Positions 7,560-16,920 of a stretch of 24,083 nucleotides of DNA are shown piece after piece. The DNA lies in the IMG/VR virus record IMGVR_UViG_3300038674_000234, positions 1 through 24,083 of that record. One strand, 5' to 3'. The translations under genes and the position numbers were made by a program. Every line of letters starts with the position of its first letter. Positions within the stretch are counted from its first letter, which is position 1. The notes under the pieces were generated by a model. It did no database searches. It saw only the letters and a program-made list of their open reading frames with translations, and was not told where the DNA came from. This stretch comes from a virus (taxonomy: Duplodnaviria > Caudoviricetes).

Positions 7560-9392
7560 ATGATTACTATTTATAATAAGCCTTCTCAAAAAGAAATATC
7601 ACAGCGCAAACTTGAGACTTACGACAAATATTGTAAAGTAATTCAGTGGGGCAGAAGTGATCCAATAAAGTTTATTTCTAGATTTATGGGGATTGAATTA
7701 CTAGATATTCAGAAATATGCTATATACAATTCTTGGACAAGAGATTTTAATCTATGGCTAGAAAGTCGTAACGCTGGGAAATCTACAAAATTAGCAATAT
7801 ACCCAATGGCTAGAAGTTTGCTTATTCCTTATCACGTTACATACTATATTGGTAACAGCGGTGATCAAGCAAAAGAATCCTTTAAGAAGATGGAGAAGAT
7901 TGCTAAAAGAGAAATTGAGTCTTTTGTTGGAAGTACTGATGTTTTCTTTAATGAATTAAGGATAAATAGCCCGACTTCCGATGGGTTTATTCATAATCCA
8001 GCATCATTTAAGTGTGAGTTGTTTAATAACTCAGAAATATATACTTTAAATAGTGACATCATTAATATTAAAGGTAAGAGAGCATCACTTGTATGTTATG
8101 ATGAGGCGGGTTGGTTCTCAGATGAGTTATTTATTCAGACCGAACAGTTTGTCAACCAAGACGAAAACTTTAAACTTGGCGGAGGCATTGATATAGGGAT
8201 TGAACCAAAGGGATTTCCACGACAATTATTATATGCTTCTTCTGCGTCTGATACTGATTCTGGGTTTTACAAGAAATACAGACAATTTTCCGAAAGAATG
8301 TTGATGGGTGATCCAAAATATTTTGTTTGCGATTTTAACGTAGATGTTGTAATGAATGCAACTTATAATGGTGATCCTTATCCTCCACTCATAAGTAAAG
8401 ACAAAGTTGATAAAGCTATGGAAGATAATAGAGATAAGGCGCTTAGAGAGTTGTATAATAAGTTTTCAGCAGATAGTCATGAAGGCCAGATATTAACACG
8501 CAGGGAGATAATGCAACACGAAATTAAATGTCCACCACTCCTATGTAATGATACTGGTAATAAATTGTTTTTGATAGTTTGGGACTGTGCTAGAATAAAT
8601 GACAATAGTGTAATAGGCATTGCTGAGTTGCAAGACGATCCAGAACGCGGTTGGATAATGCATATATGTAATATAATTAGTCTTGTTGATATTAGATCAA
8701 AGAAAAAAATACAGATGATAATGCCAGAACAGGTGAAACAATTTAAGTCAATATTACTTGATTATAATGCAAGCGAAAAAAAGAAACTTGATTATGAAAA
8801 TATAAAGCGAATTGTTGCCGATGCAGGAGCTGGCGGTCAAATGATTGGTGGTGTTTCAGACTACTTACTAGAAGAATGGAATGGTAAAGATGGGAAAACA
8901 CATAAGGGAATTATTGATAGGTCGCATAAGGCCAATGAAGTTTCATCTAAAACATTTCCAAATGCATTAGATATTATGACCTTAGTTGATCCAAAGAGTA
9001 ATAGAAATGATATTTTTGATGCTGCTGAAAAGATGACAAAGTTAGGAGTAGTAACATTTCCGGCAGATATTGATGGTAAAGACTATATTATAACAATAGA
9101 TAATGAAGGCAATGAAAATACTTATCAGTTAACAGATGATGAACAAAACGCTTTATTACAAATAGAGTTGATGAAAAGTGAAATAATAACAATGTGTAAA
9201 TATACGGATAAGGGAAATGTCTCTTATAATTTCCCTCCAGATAAAAGAAATATAATGTTTGATGACCGTGCCTTTGTGTACGGTCTTCTTTGTTGGTATT
9301 TAGCTATTTTACGAAGAAATCAAGTAATTGATAAACCAAAAGATAAACTTAGTGATTTCGATTTTCAGTTTCGTCAACCAAAAATTAGATAA
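7560..9392 (+). CDS. terL: Terminase large subunit (YonF-like)
   Basis: Walker A SRNAGKS, Walker B LVCYDEAG, motif III ASSAS, RNase H-like acidic motifs VWDCAR, DAGAGG and DDRAF. Confidence 0.9.
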   Translation: MITIYNKPSQKEISQRKLETYDKYCKVIQWGRSDPIKFISRFMGIELLDIQKYAIYNSWTRDFNLWLESRNAGKSTKLAIYPMARSLLIPYHVTYYIGNSGDQAKESFKKMEKIAKREIESFVGSTDVFFNELRINSPTSDGFIHNPASFKCELFNNSEIYTLNSDIINIKGKRASLVCYDEAGWFSDELFIQTEQFVNQDENFKLGGGIDIGIEPKGFPRQLLYASSASDTDSGFYKKYRQFSERMLMGDPKYFVCDFNVDVVMNATYNGDPYPPLISKDKVDKAMEDNRDKALRELYNKFSADSHEGQILTRREIMQHEIKCPPLLCNDTGNKLFLIVWDCARINDNSVIGIAELQDDPERGWIMHICNIISLVDIRSKKKIQMIMPEQVKQFKSILLDYNASEKKKLDYENIKRIVADAGAGGQMIGGVSDYLLEEWNGKDGKTHKGIIDRSHKANEVSSKTFPNALDIMTLVDPKSNRNDIFDAAEKMTKLGVVTFPADIDGKDYIITIDNEGNENTYQLTDDEQNALLQIELMKSEIITMCKYTDKGNVSYNFPPDKRNIMFDDRAFVYGLLCWYLAILRRNQVIDKPKDKLSDFDFQFRQPKIR

Positions 9393-9411
9393 ATGAGGGG
9401 TGGTGAAAATA

Positions 9412-10890
9412 TTGCCAGATGAAGAAACAAAAGTAGCACCAAAACAGTATGATTTTTCTCATCTCAATAATTTTGCACAACTAGCAAAATTAACTTTACA
9501 AGATTTAAGAAAAAATAATAAAGACACACTATTCTTTAAGAAATTCACTAAAGAAAATATTATTGATTATCTTGAATCACCGGATAAGAATGAGAAAAAT
9601 TTAAGAAATGCATGTATATTCCTATACAATGCATCTAGTCATTTTAAACGTTTAGTTCAGTATTTTGCACGATTATACTTGTTGCAATATATTATTATTC
9701 CTCTTCAATTTGATAAAGTTAACGAAAAAACATTTTTAATACAATATAAAAAAGTTTTAAACATGGTTGAAAATATGAACTTGAAACATGAAATGGTTAA
9801 AGTTCTGAATACTGTTTATCGTGAAGATGTTTTTTACGGATATGAATACTCAACTGAAGAATCATATTATATTCGCAAATTGAATCCAGATTATTGCCAA
9901 ATATCCAGCGTTGAAGATGGATGTTATAATTTTGCATTTGATTTTTCTTATTTTAATTTAAAAAAAGATAAACTTGAATCTTATGGTGAAGAGTTTATAG
10001 AAAAATATCGACTGTATGCTGGACATAACGGTACAAAGGGAAATTCAGAATTAAAATGGCAAGAACTAGATAGTAAAAAAACTATATGTATTAAGGCAAA
10101 TGAAGATTTAGATTATCTTATACCACCTTTTGTTGGCGTACTTGAAGCAATATATGATCTTCAGGATTATAAATTACTTAAAAAAGTTGAAAACCAAAAT
10201 GACAATTACAAAATTTTGAATTGTATTATTCCTACAAATCCAGAAGGAGAATTATTATTAGAAGAGCCATTAGCTTTAAAATATTATCATCTTTTAGAAA
10301 AAGCTGTGCCAGATGGCATTGGATTATCACTCAGCCCGATGAAAATAGAGGCGTTCACATTTGCAAATACTTCTGCCGCTGAAAAAGATGCTGTAGCACA
10401 GGCTACCGCTGAAGTTTGGAATAGTGCTGGGGTGTCATCTCTTATCTTTAATAATACATCTGCTGGTTCAACTGGTTTGGTACAGTCAATACGGGCAGAT
10501 ATAGATGTTTCTAGTGCTGTTATCCGACAAATAGAAAGATGGATTAATAGAAAACTTAAAAATCTAGATGCTAAGTACAAATTTAAAATACAAATTTTAG
10601 ATGTAACAAGATTTAATCAGACAGAAATGTTTGATATGTACTTAAAAGGTGGAAATAGTGGATTACCAGTAAAAACTGCTTTAAATGCAATTCTTGGATA
10701 TAGCCCACAAGACATGTTGGCAATGGGCATGTTAGAAAATGATATCTTGAAAATGAGAGATACTATTTGCGGTCAGCCACTATTGTCATCTAGTACAATG
10801 TCTCCAGATAATGAAGGCGGAAGACCACAACAAGAAACCGTTGATGATAAGGGGCAAATTACAAGAGATACCAATGGAAACGATAGATAG
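9412..10890 (+). CDS. Portal protein (YonE-like)
   Basis: Follows TerL, ~490 aa, C-terminal GGRP tail typical of portals. TTG 9412 follows SD GGTGGTGA (track start 9400). Confidence 0.8.
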   Translation: MPDEETKVAPKQYDFSHLNNFAQLAKLTLQDLRKNNKDTLFFKKFTKENIIDYLESPDKNEKNLRNACIFLYNASSHFKRLVQYFARLYLLQYIIIPLQFDKVNEKTFLIQYKKVLNMVENMNLKHEMVKVLNTVYREDVFYGYEYSTEESYYIRKLNPDYCQISSVEDGCYNFAFDFSYFNLKKDKLESYGEEFIEKYRLYAGHNGTKGNSELKWQELDSKKTICIKANEDLDYLIPPFVGVLEAIYDLQDYKLLKKVENQNDNYKILNCIIPTNPEGELLLEEPLALKYYHLLEKAVPDGIGLSLSPMKIEAFTFANTSAAEKDAVAQATAEVWNSAGVSSLIFNNTSAGSTGLVQSIRADIDVSSAVIRQIERWINRKLKNLDAKYKFKIQILDVTRFNQTEMFDMYLKGGNSGLPVKTALNAILGYSPQDMLAMGMLENDILKMRDTICGQPLLSSSTMSPDNEGGRPQQETVDDKGQITRDTNGNDR

Positions 10891-10907
10891 AAGGAGTTGT
10901 ATAATAT

Positions 10908-11087
10908 TTGTTTGTCTGTAAAGGCAAAAGATTAGCAAATTATTTAATTGAGCATGGTTCTAAAATAGTAAGAATTGATTGTGACCAGAAAGCTAAAGGT
11001 TTTCTGGTCTTCATATTTGAACGAGATGAAACAATTGATAGAAACTTAAAACAGTGGGAAACCGACAAAGTTACTTATCTGTTTTGA
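10908..11087 (+). CDS. Small DUF5659-like protein, 59 aa, missing from the ORF track
   Basis: MFVCKGKRLANYLIEHGSKIVRIDCDQKAKGFLVFIFERDETIDRNLKQWETDKVTYLF*; SD AAGGAG, TTG start. Confidence 0.7.
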   Translation: MFVCKGKRLANYLIEHGSKIVRIDCDQKAKGFLVFIFERDETIDRNLKQWETDKVTYLF

Positions 11088-11112
11088 TATTTTGCAGAAG
11101 GAGTTGTATTCA

Positions 11113-12072
11113 ATGAGTTATAATAAAGAAACTGGTATGTATGAGGGTTATATATATTGTATTACCAATAAAGTGAATGGAAAGCAGTATATAGGACAAA
11201 CAATTAGAGATATTCAAACAAGATTTGAAGAGCATTTATATACTAAAAATAGAAAAGATAAAAAACATATCGTTTTATATAAAGCTATAAATAAATATGG
11301 AAAAGTAAATTTTTCTATTTCAGAGGTGTGTAAATATGAATCAGAATCACTAGATCGTATGGTAGAAGAAATTAATAATTATGAAATTAAATATATTAAT
11401 ATCTATAATTCTATAGTGCCTAATGGTTACAATATGACGTTCGGTGGTGATTCATCTAAACATAGAGAACGTAAAGTTTGTCAATATACTTTGATGGGAA
11501 AATTAGTAAATACATATGATTCGATAAATCAGGCATCATTTACTACTAATGTGGAAAGAAGCAATATAACCGCAAATTGTGCTGGAAGACTTCAAAGTGC
11601 AGGTGGATACATATGGAGTTATTATGGGAATATTCCTAATACATATAAGCCTGCGTTTAAGGCAGTAAAACAATATAATTTAGATGGAATATTATTAAAT
11701 ACATTTAGTTCAATTAAAGAAGCAGGAATTACTAATAATATTTGCCCTTCTTTAATTTCGAGTGTCTGTAATGGAAAATTAAATCAAACTCACGGATTTT
11801 TGTGGTCATATATTGATTGTATCCCAACTAATTATATTAATGCAAAAGTTTATATGTATGATTTGAATGGAAATTATTTAAGAGAATTTTCTACTGCCAG
11901 CGAAGCTTGTAATGAATTAAATATTGCTAGTAGCAATCTCTCTGCTTGTTTAAATAACAGAAAGAAAAGTGTTAAGGGATATCTTTGGAGTAGAATAAAA
12001 CTAGATAATATACGTCCATATAATGGCTGGAAAAGAATAGTAGAAAAAGAAGGTGATAAACTTGCAGGATAA
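11113..12072 (+). CDS. GIY-YIG homing endonuclease with three NUMOD1-like repeats
   Basis: YIYCITN...QYIGQT...RFEEH...E...NGYN, then three VxxYxLxG...S...A...C...G(Y/F)xWS repeats. ATG 11113 follows SD AAGGAG. Confidence 0.9.
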   Translation: MSYNKETGMYEGYIYCITNKVNGKQYIGQTIRDIQTRFEEHLYTKNRKDKKHIVLYKAINKYGKVNFSISEVCKYESESLDRMVEEINNYEIKYINIYNSIVPNGYNMTFGGDSSKHRERKVCQYTLMGKLVNTYDSINQASFTTNVERSNITANCAGRLQSAGGYIWSYYGNIPNTYKPAFKAVKQYNLDGILLNTFSSIKEAGITNNICPSLISSVCNGKLNQTHGFLWSYIDCIPTNYINAKVYMYDLNGNYLREFSTASEACNELNIASSNLSACLNNRKKSVKGYLWSRIKLDNIRPYNGWKRIVEKEGDKLAG

Positions 12073-12235
12073 ATTTATATACGTCCAAGACGAGTGTGAA
12101 GTAGACAAACTAATTAAAGCTGGTTATCGCCTTATTGAGAAAAATAATAATGGAATGTATGTATTTGAAAATAATAAAACACCTAATTTTGAATTATGTA
12201 AAAAGTGTGTTTTGACAAATACATTAATTTTGTAA
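12062..12235 (+). CDS. Small hypothetical protein upstream of the prohead protease
   Basis: MQDKFIYV...KLIKAGYRLI...YVFEN...TNTLIL; SD GAAGGTGA, TTG start. Pattern loosely resembles the DUF5659-like proteins. Confidence 0.7.
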   Translation: MQDKFIYVQDECEVDKLIKAGYRLIEKNNNGMYVFENNKTPNFELCKKCVLTNTLIL

Positions 12236-12262
12236 AGACTGAAAACAAGGTCTTTTTATTTT
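12234..12262 (+). terminator. Putative intrinsic terminator before the head genes
   Basis: AAAGACT-N8-GGTCTTT followed by TTATTTT. Confidence 0.5.
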
Positions 12263-12285
12263 GTCTTGAAAGGCGGTGATAAAAG

Positions 12286-13827
12286 ATGGCAGAAGAATTA
12301 AAAAATATTTCTTTAGCAACTACGTATGAGATTGATACTTCTTTTGATTCAGAACGTTTTATAAAGTTACGTTTACGTGTGTGTCATGATGGTACGAACC
12401 CAAATGGTAGTTCATTTACAGTTGATGACATGAATAAAGCAAAAGATAGCATTAAAAATATACCTTTGTTAGCCCATGTTATTGTGGATGAAAACGGTGA
12501 ACCGCAGTTTGGATCACATGATATGCATATTGAGGAAGACAAATTTAATGATGGAGAGTATCGAATAATTTACGACGAGCAACCAATCGGTGTGATTCCA
12601 GAGAGCAATGCGTATGAAGTGGCTGAGTTTGACGGGCGCAATTATGTTTTTACTGATTGTTATGTGTGGCGTGAATATTCAAACTATGCTGAACAAATTA
12701 TTGAACGAGACGAAAAAATAAAACTTAGCATGGAGATAATCGTTGACAGTTTTTCTTATGATGGAAAAAATAAAGTTTATAAGATAACTGATTATAGATA
12801 CAAAGGTATTACATTGTTAGGTAATAATATCGGCACTGGAATGTTAAATGCATTAGCAACTACTGATTCGTTTACAAACAGTAAAGATAAATTATTAGCC
12901 TTGATGTCTGAATTACAAGAAGAATTAATAAAAAATCAATTCTCAAATGAAAAGGAGGTAAAGAAGAATTTGGATGAGAAGTTAGAATTAATAGCTAAAT
13001 ATGGTCTAACGGTTGAACAACTTAGTTTTAGTATTGAAGAATTGTCATTGGAAGAACTAGAAGCAAAATTGAATGAGTTTGATAATAATGATTCTGATTC
13101 TGATACTGACAATAACAATGATGATGATAACAATGCAAAAGATTTGAGTTTTTCAGCTACATATAGACAAAAGCGAGAAGCACTTAGTAATGTATTAGAT
13201 TCAGAAATTACCAGAGATGCTGAAGGGAACATTGTTGATGAGATTTATTACTGGATCGAAGATTTTAATGACACATATGTATACGTCCAGCGTTCTCATT
13301 GGTCTGCAAATGGTGATTATGAATCGAATTATGGACGCTTTTCCTATTCTTTTGATGAAAAAAATTTAACCGCAACTCTTACTAGTGAATTTGAAGAAAT
13401 GTTTATTATGTGGCTAACAAAGGAAGAAAAGGATGCATTAGAAGCAGAACGCGGAGATTACGCCCAACTCAAATCAGACTTTGAAGCATACAAAGAGAAA
13501 TATCCAGAAGATGAGTTTAAATCTCTCCGTAAGTTCAAATCTGATAAGATTGAAGCGGAAAGAAAAGAAGCAGAGGAAGAAATCTTTAGTGAATTTGATA
13601 AGAAATTAAGCGGAAACGAAGAATACGAAACACTCAAGACTAATTCAAAAGAATATGACTTAGATGAATTACAGGAGAAATGTTTCACTATTCTTGGTAA
13701 AACACAAATAAATTTCAGTTTCAACGCAAAAAAGCAAAATACAATTAAAATAAATATTGATAGTACACCGACATCTAGCGATCCATATGGTGGTCTAATT
13801 GAAAAAGTTATCCAAAAACAAAACTAA
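12286..13827 (+). CDS. Prohead protease/scaffold protein (YonD-like)
   Basis: CHDGTNPNGS, FGSHD, LSMEI and GITLLG motifs in the N-terminal protease part; acidic coiled-coil C-terminus; lies between portal and capsid. Confidence 0.8.
   Translation: MAEELKNISLATTYEIDTSFDSERFIKLRLRVCHDGTNPNGSSFTVDDMNKAKDSIKNIPLLAHVIVDENGEPQFGSHDMHIEEDKFNDGEYRIIYDEQPIGVIPESNAYEVAEFDGRNYVFTDCYVWREYSNYAEQIIERDEKIKLSMEIIVDSFSYDGKNKVYKITDYRYKGITLLGNNIGTGMLNALATTDSFTNSKDKLLALMSELQEELIKNQFSNEKEVKKNLDEKLELIAKYGLTVEQLSFSIEELSLEELEAKLNEFDNNDSDSDTDNNNDDDNNAKDLSFSATYRQKREALSNVLDSEITRDAEGNIVDEIYYWIEDFNDTYVYVQRSHWSANGDYESNYGRFSYSFDEKNLTATLTSEFEEMFIMWLTKEEKDALEAERGDYAQLKSDFEAYKEKYPEDEFKSLRKFKSDKIEAERKEAEEEIFSEFDKKLSGNEEYETLKTNSKEYDLDELQEKCFTILGKTQINFSFNAKKQNTIKINIDSTPTSSDPYGGLIEKVIQKQN
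12970..13827 (+). CDS. Nested in-frame scaffolding protein (internal start)
   Basis: SD AAAGGAGGT at 12951-12959 and in-frame TTG 12970 giving MDEKLELIAKYGL... Confidence 0.6.
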   Translation: MDEKLELIAKYGLTVEQLSFSIEELSLEELEAKLNEFDNNDSDSDTDNNNDDDNNAKDLSFSATYRQKREALSNVLDSEITRDAEGNIVDEIYYWIEDFNDTYVYVQRSHWSANGDYESNYGRFSYSFDEKNLTATLTSEFEEMFIMWLTKEEKDALEAERGDYAQLKSDFEAYKEKYPEDEFKSLRKFKSDKIEAERKEAEEEIFSEFDKKLSGNEEYETLKTNSKEYDLDELQEKCFTILGKTQINFSFNAKKQNTIKINIDSTPTSSDPYGGLIEKVIQKQN

Positions 13828-13867
13828 AACTAAAACTAAATTTATAAAGGAAAGAGGTAATACATAG

Positions 13868-14362
13868 ATGGCATATGCAATTTTTCGCTCGGATTTAATG
13901 TGGGCTACAAAGAATCCGGCTGGTATTGTTAACTTAAAATACTCCCCTTCTGGCACTGATACTCCTATTGAGAATGGCAATGTAGTTCTTCTCGGCGATC
14001 TTGACACCAATGAAAGAGATGTTTTTATTGCTGGTACTCCTGCCGCAAATAGTGCGATTGGCTCAATTGCTATTGTTGCAGAACCCGAAGTTATGGCCGA
14101 TGAGAGAATGAAGAATCTGAATGAATTCCGTAATCCTGCTGGTGCTGTTGTTCGTGGCTACAAGCTACATTCTGGGGATATGTTCTCTGTTACTTCGGAT
14201 GCAGTTACTCCTGTTACTGGTACTGCTCCTGCCGCTGATCAGATTGTTGAACTTCAGCAGGACACAAAACTCAAACTGGTTACTACTCCTACGAGCCAGT
14301 CTACTCAGATTGGTACTGTTATCCGCATCGAAGGCGACTACATTGTTATTCAGGTTGTCTAA
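13868..14362 (+). CDS. Head decoration/capsid cement protein (YonC-like)
   Basis: 164 aa beta-rich protein with IENGNVV motif, immediately before the capsid gene; higher GC than its neighbours. Confidence 0.7.
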   Translation: MAYAIFRSDLMWATKNPAGIVNLKYSPSGTDTPIENGNVVLLGDLDTNERDVFIAGTPAANSAIGSIAIVAEPEVMADERMKNLNEFRNPAGAVVRGYKLHSGDMFSVTSDAVTPVTGTAPAADQIVELQQDTKLKLVTTPTSQSTQIGTVIRIEGDYIVIQVV

Positions 14363-14398
14363 TAACAATTTAATAAAGAAAGGAGAGATAATATAATT

Positions 14399-15391
14399 AT
14401 GGATAAAGCAAATGTTATCAAGTTAGCTATTGATGCTACAAGAAATAGAGTCCTTGGCAATTATTCTAAGGGCGACACCTCAGAAGCTCTTCGTCAGGCT
14501 TTTATAGAAGCCAATAATGGTTCTACTGAAATTTCTGTTAAGTCTTTCCGTAGACATCCTGAACTCTATGATATTATTGAGGAAATCGTCCCTGTTATCA
14601 TTCAGGAGGGTCTTAATGGTGACGAGTTTTTCATGAATTTTGTCGATTATCGCAATGAAGCCCTCGGTGATGATACCCGCTTCTGGACAGAAGACAATTC
14701 ACTGTTCCTTGTCTCTGAAATTGGGCATGGTAATATGTCGGTTCGTAGGCAGAGATTGAATGTCGGCGGGTACGTAACTGTCCCGAAGAGTCTTAAGGCA
14801 ATCAAAGTGTTTGAGGAACTGAATCGTCTTCTCACTGGTAGGGTTGACTTTAATACATTTGTTGATCGCGTTGGTAAGTCTATGATTAATAGGGTTTACA
14901 CCGACATTTATAATGCTTTTAATGGTATTACGGTTTCTACCTCTGGTATGAACTCTACATATTACAAGAGTGGTTCTTATGCAGAAGATACTTTAATCAC
15001 TCTTATCGATCACGTTGAGGCCGCTATGGGTGCGAAAGCCACTATTCTTGGCACAAGGGCTGCTCTTCGTAACGTTACTTCTGCCGTTATTTCTGATTCT
15101 GCTAAAGAAGATATGTATAACATGGGTTATTATGGCAAGTTTAACGGCACACCCATGATTGTTGCTCGTCAGAGGCACAATGTAGGTTTAGATACCTTTA
15201 TTCTCGATGATACCAAGCTCTATGTTATTGCTGGAAATGAAAAATTCGTGAAGATGGTCGATGTTGGTGAAGGCATGCTGTATGATGGTAATCCTACCGA
15301 CAATGCTGACTTGACTAAGGAATATTTTTATGGGCAGGAGTACGGAGTTGGTATTCAAATTTTGGGTAGGATCGGAATTCTCGATCTGTAA
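14399..15391 (+). CDS. Major capsid protein (YonB-like)
   Basis: 330 aa, strong SD GAAAGGAGA, position after decoration gene, ILGTRAAL...GYYGKFNGTPM P-domain-like segment, downstream hairpin. Confidence 0.85.
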   Translation: MDKANVIKLAIDATRNRVLGNYSKGDTSEALRQAFIEANNGSTEISVKSFRRHPELYDIIEEIVPVIIQEGLNGDEFFMNFVDYRNEALGDDTRFWTEDNSLFLVSEIGHGNMSVRRQRLNVGGYVTVPKSLKAIKVFEELNRLLTGRVDFNTFVDRVGKSMINRVYTDIYNAFNGITVSTSGMNSTYYKSGSYAEDTLITLIDHVEAAMGAKATILGTRAALRNVTSAVISDSAKEDMYNMGYYGKFNGTPMIVARQRHNVGLDTFILDDTKLYVIAGNEKFVKMVDVGEGMLYDGNPTDNADLTKEYFYGQEYGVGIQILGRIGILDL

Positions 15392-15407
15392 TATAACATT
15401 ATTGTAA

Positions 15408-15446
15408 ATGTGGGGAGAGGCATCTGTTTCTCCCCACGTATTTATT
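15408..15446 (+). terminator. Hairpin/terminator after the major capsid gene
   Basis: ATGTGGGGAGAGGC-ATCT-GTTTCTCCCCACGT followed by ATTTATT. Confidence 0.65.
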
Positions 15447-15472
15447 GATTGAAAGGACGAAACATACTTAAC

Positions 15473-16117
15473 ATGGGATATACAAAGGCGCAAAGGGAAG
15501 CTAATGCTAAAAAGAATACTGAAACAGTAAATCAGAATATTGAAAAAGAAAAAATCTTAAACTCAGAGCAATCTACTAGCCAAAACGATATTGTTTCTAT
15601 TCTTGAAAAAAAGAAAAAAGAGGTTTCGGTAAGAAATCTTCCGTTATCTACAGAAGTTCTAGTAGCGAATAATTGTCACAACGAATTAAATTACATTTCT
15701 AGAAATACTGGATTCCGTACAACTTGGGATAATTATGGAAATCCAATTCCGATGTCTTTAGAAGAATTACTTATCATGCGAAATTCACAAAGAAAGTTTT
15801 TTGAAAGACCTTGGGTTAGAATTGTTGGGTTTACCGATCCTACATATGACGAGATATTTTCAGTTGAAGATATCTTGGATTTCTTACAGGTAAAACAATA
15901 TTATAAAAATTCATTGTGTCCAGACAATCTTGATGACCTTTTTAAACTCCCTACAGATGAGTTAGAAAAGAGAATTCCTAATATGTCATTAGGTACTAAG
16001 TCTAATATTGTAGTAAGAGCAAATGACTTAATTGAAAAAGGACAGTTAGATTCGCTGAGTGTTATTATGACGCTTGAAAAACTTCTTAATTGTGAATTAA
16101 GTAGACCAAACATTTAA
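15473..16117 (+). CDS. YonA-like virion morphogenesis protein
   Basis: ATG 15473 after SD GAAAGGA; follows the capsid gene; ELLIMRNSQRKFF and LDSLSVIMTLEKLL motifs. Confidence 0.65.
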   Translation: MGYTKAQREANAKKNTETVNQNIEKEKILNSEQSTSQNDIVSILEKKKKEVSVRNLPLSTEVLVANNCHNELNYISRNTGFRTTWDNYGNPIPMSLEELLIMRNSQRKFFERPWVRIVGFTDPTYDEIFSVEDILDFLQVKQYYKNSLCPDNLDDLFKLPTDELEKRIPNMSLGTKSNIVVRANDLIEKGQLDSLSVIMTLEKLLNCELSRPNI

Positions 16118-16146
16118 TATGAAAAGGAGTTGAACAATACTAAATT

Positions 16147-16584
16147 ATGGCTACTCCTTATTCAGATATATATAATCAATTTCTTGAACAAATTACGGAT
16201 ACGGATTTACTTGCTCTCACTCAATCAAACAGAGAATCATTATTGTTTGGCTTACTAAAAAGAGCATGTAATAGATTTCTAAGAATTTGCAAATATGATT
16301 TATCAGATAAGAATGACACACTTAAAACGTTTAATTTTGATTTACCAGACGAAGAAAGTAGCATTATTGTTCACGGAATGATAGCAGAGTGGTATAAACC
16401 AAAATATAATTTTAACGAGAATCTAAAAAATGTTTTAAATACAAAAGATTATAATCAATATTCTCCTGCCAATCTACTTAAAGAAACTAGAGAATCTTAT
16501 AAAAACGCAAATAGAGAATTTGAATCGATGATGAACAAATACTCTTATGTGCATGGAAGTATAGAGGACTTAACTACATCATGA
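16147..16584 (+). CDS. Head-tail adaptor (YomZ-like)
   Basis: MATPYSDIY...FNFDL...KDYNQYSPANLL; size and synteny. Confidence 0.65.
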   Translation: MATPYSDIYNQFLEQITDTDLLALTQSNRESLLFGLLKRACNRFLRICKYDLSDKNDTLKTFNFDLPDEESSIIVHGMIAEWYKPKYNFNENLKNVLNTKDYNQYSPANLLKETRESYKNANREFESMMNKYSYVHGSIEDLTTS

Positions 16585-16919
16585 TTAATGTAGAACATGG
16601 TAAAATTTCAGATGTAATGTTTTATAACTATCTTTCGTTACTGATAGACAAAATATATAAGATTCTTCCTATGAAAGAAAATAATGTAAGCACAATCACT
16701 GTATATCTCGATAGTTTGCAAGTTGAGATAATTGGTTGTATGAGTTTAATTAAAGAATTTGAGACTGATCCAAGTTTTATTTCATTACTTGGAATTATAC
16801 AATATTTAAGAGACAACGAATTTGACGATGTTAAAACATTCAAAAGAGAAGTGTTTAAATTAATTAAGATAATAAATAAATTACAAGGGAAATATTTTAT
16901 AAAGGAGTGTGAAGAATAA
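16581..16919 (+). CDS. Hypothetical head-tail region protein (YomY-like)
   Basis: ATGA overlap with the previous gene; KIYKILP and KREVF motifs. Confidence 0.6.
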   Translation: MINVEHGKISDVMFYNYLSLLIDKIYKILPMKENNVSTITVYLDSLQVEIIGCMSLIKEFETDPSFISLLGIIQYLRDNEFDDVKTFKREVFKLIKIINKLQGKYFIKECEE

Positions 16920-16920
16920 A

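Noticed and set aside
1243-9392. Inteins in the RNAP or terminase
   Set aside because: Normal lengths and no recognisable splicing or LAGLIDADG motifs.
10891-12072. Group I intron hosting the GIY-YIG gene
   Set aside because: The portal ends intact, spacers are too short for an intron core, and no interrupted gene is evident.
13820-13837. (AAAACT)3 tandem repeat
   Set aside because: Short low-complexity repeat at a stop codon with no evidence of function.
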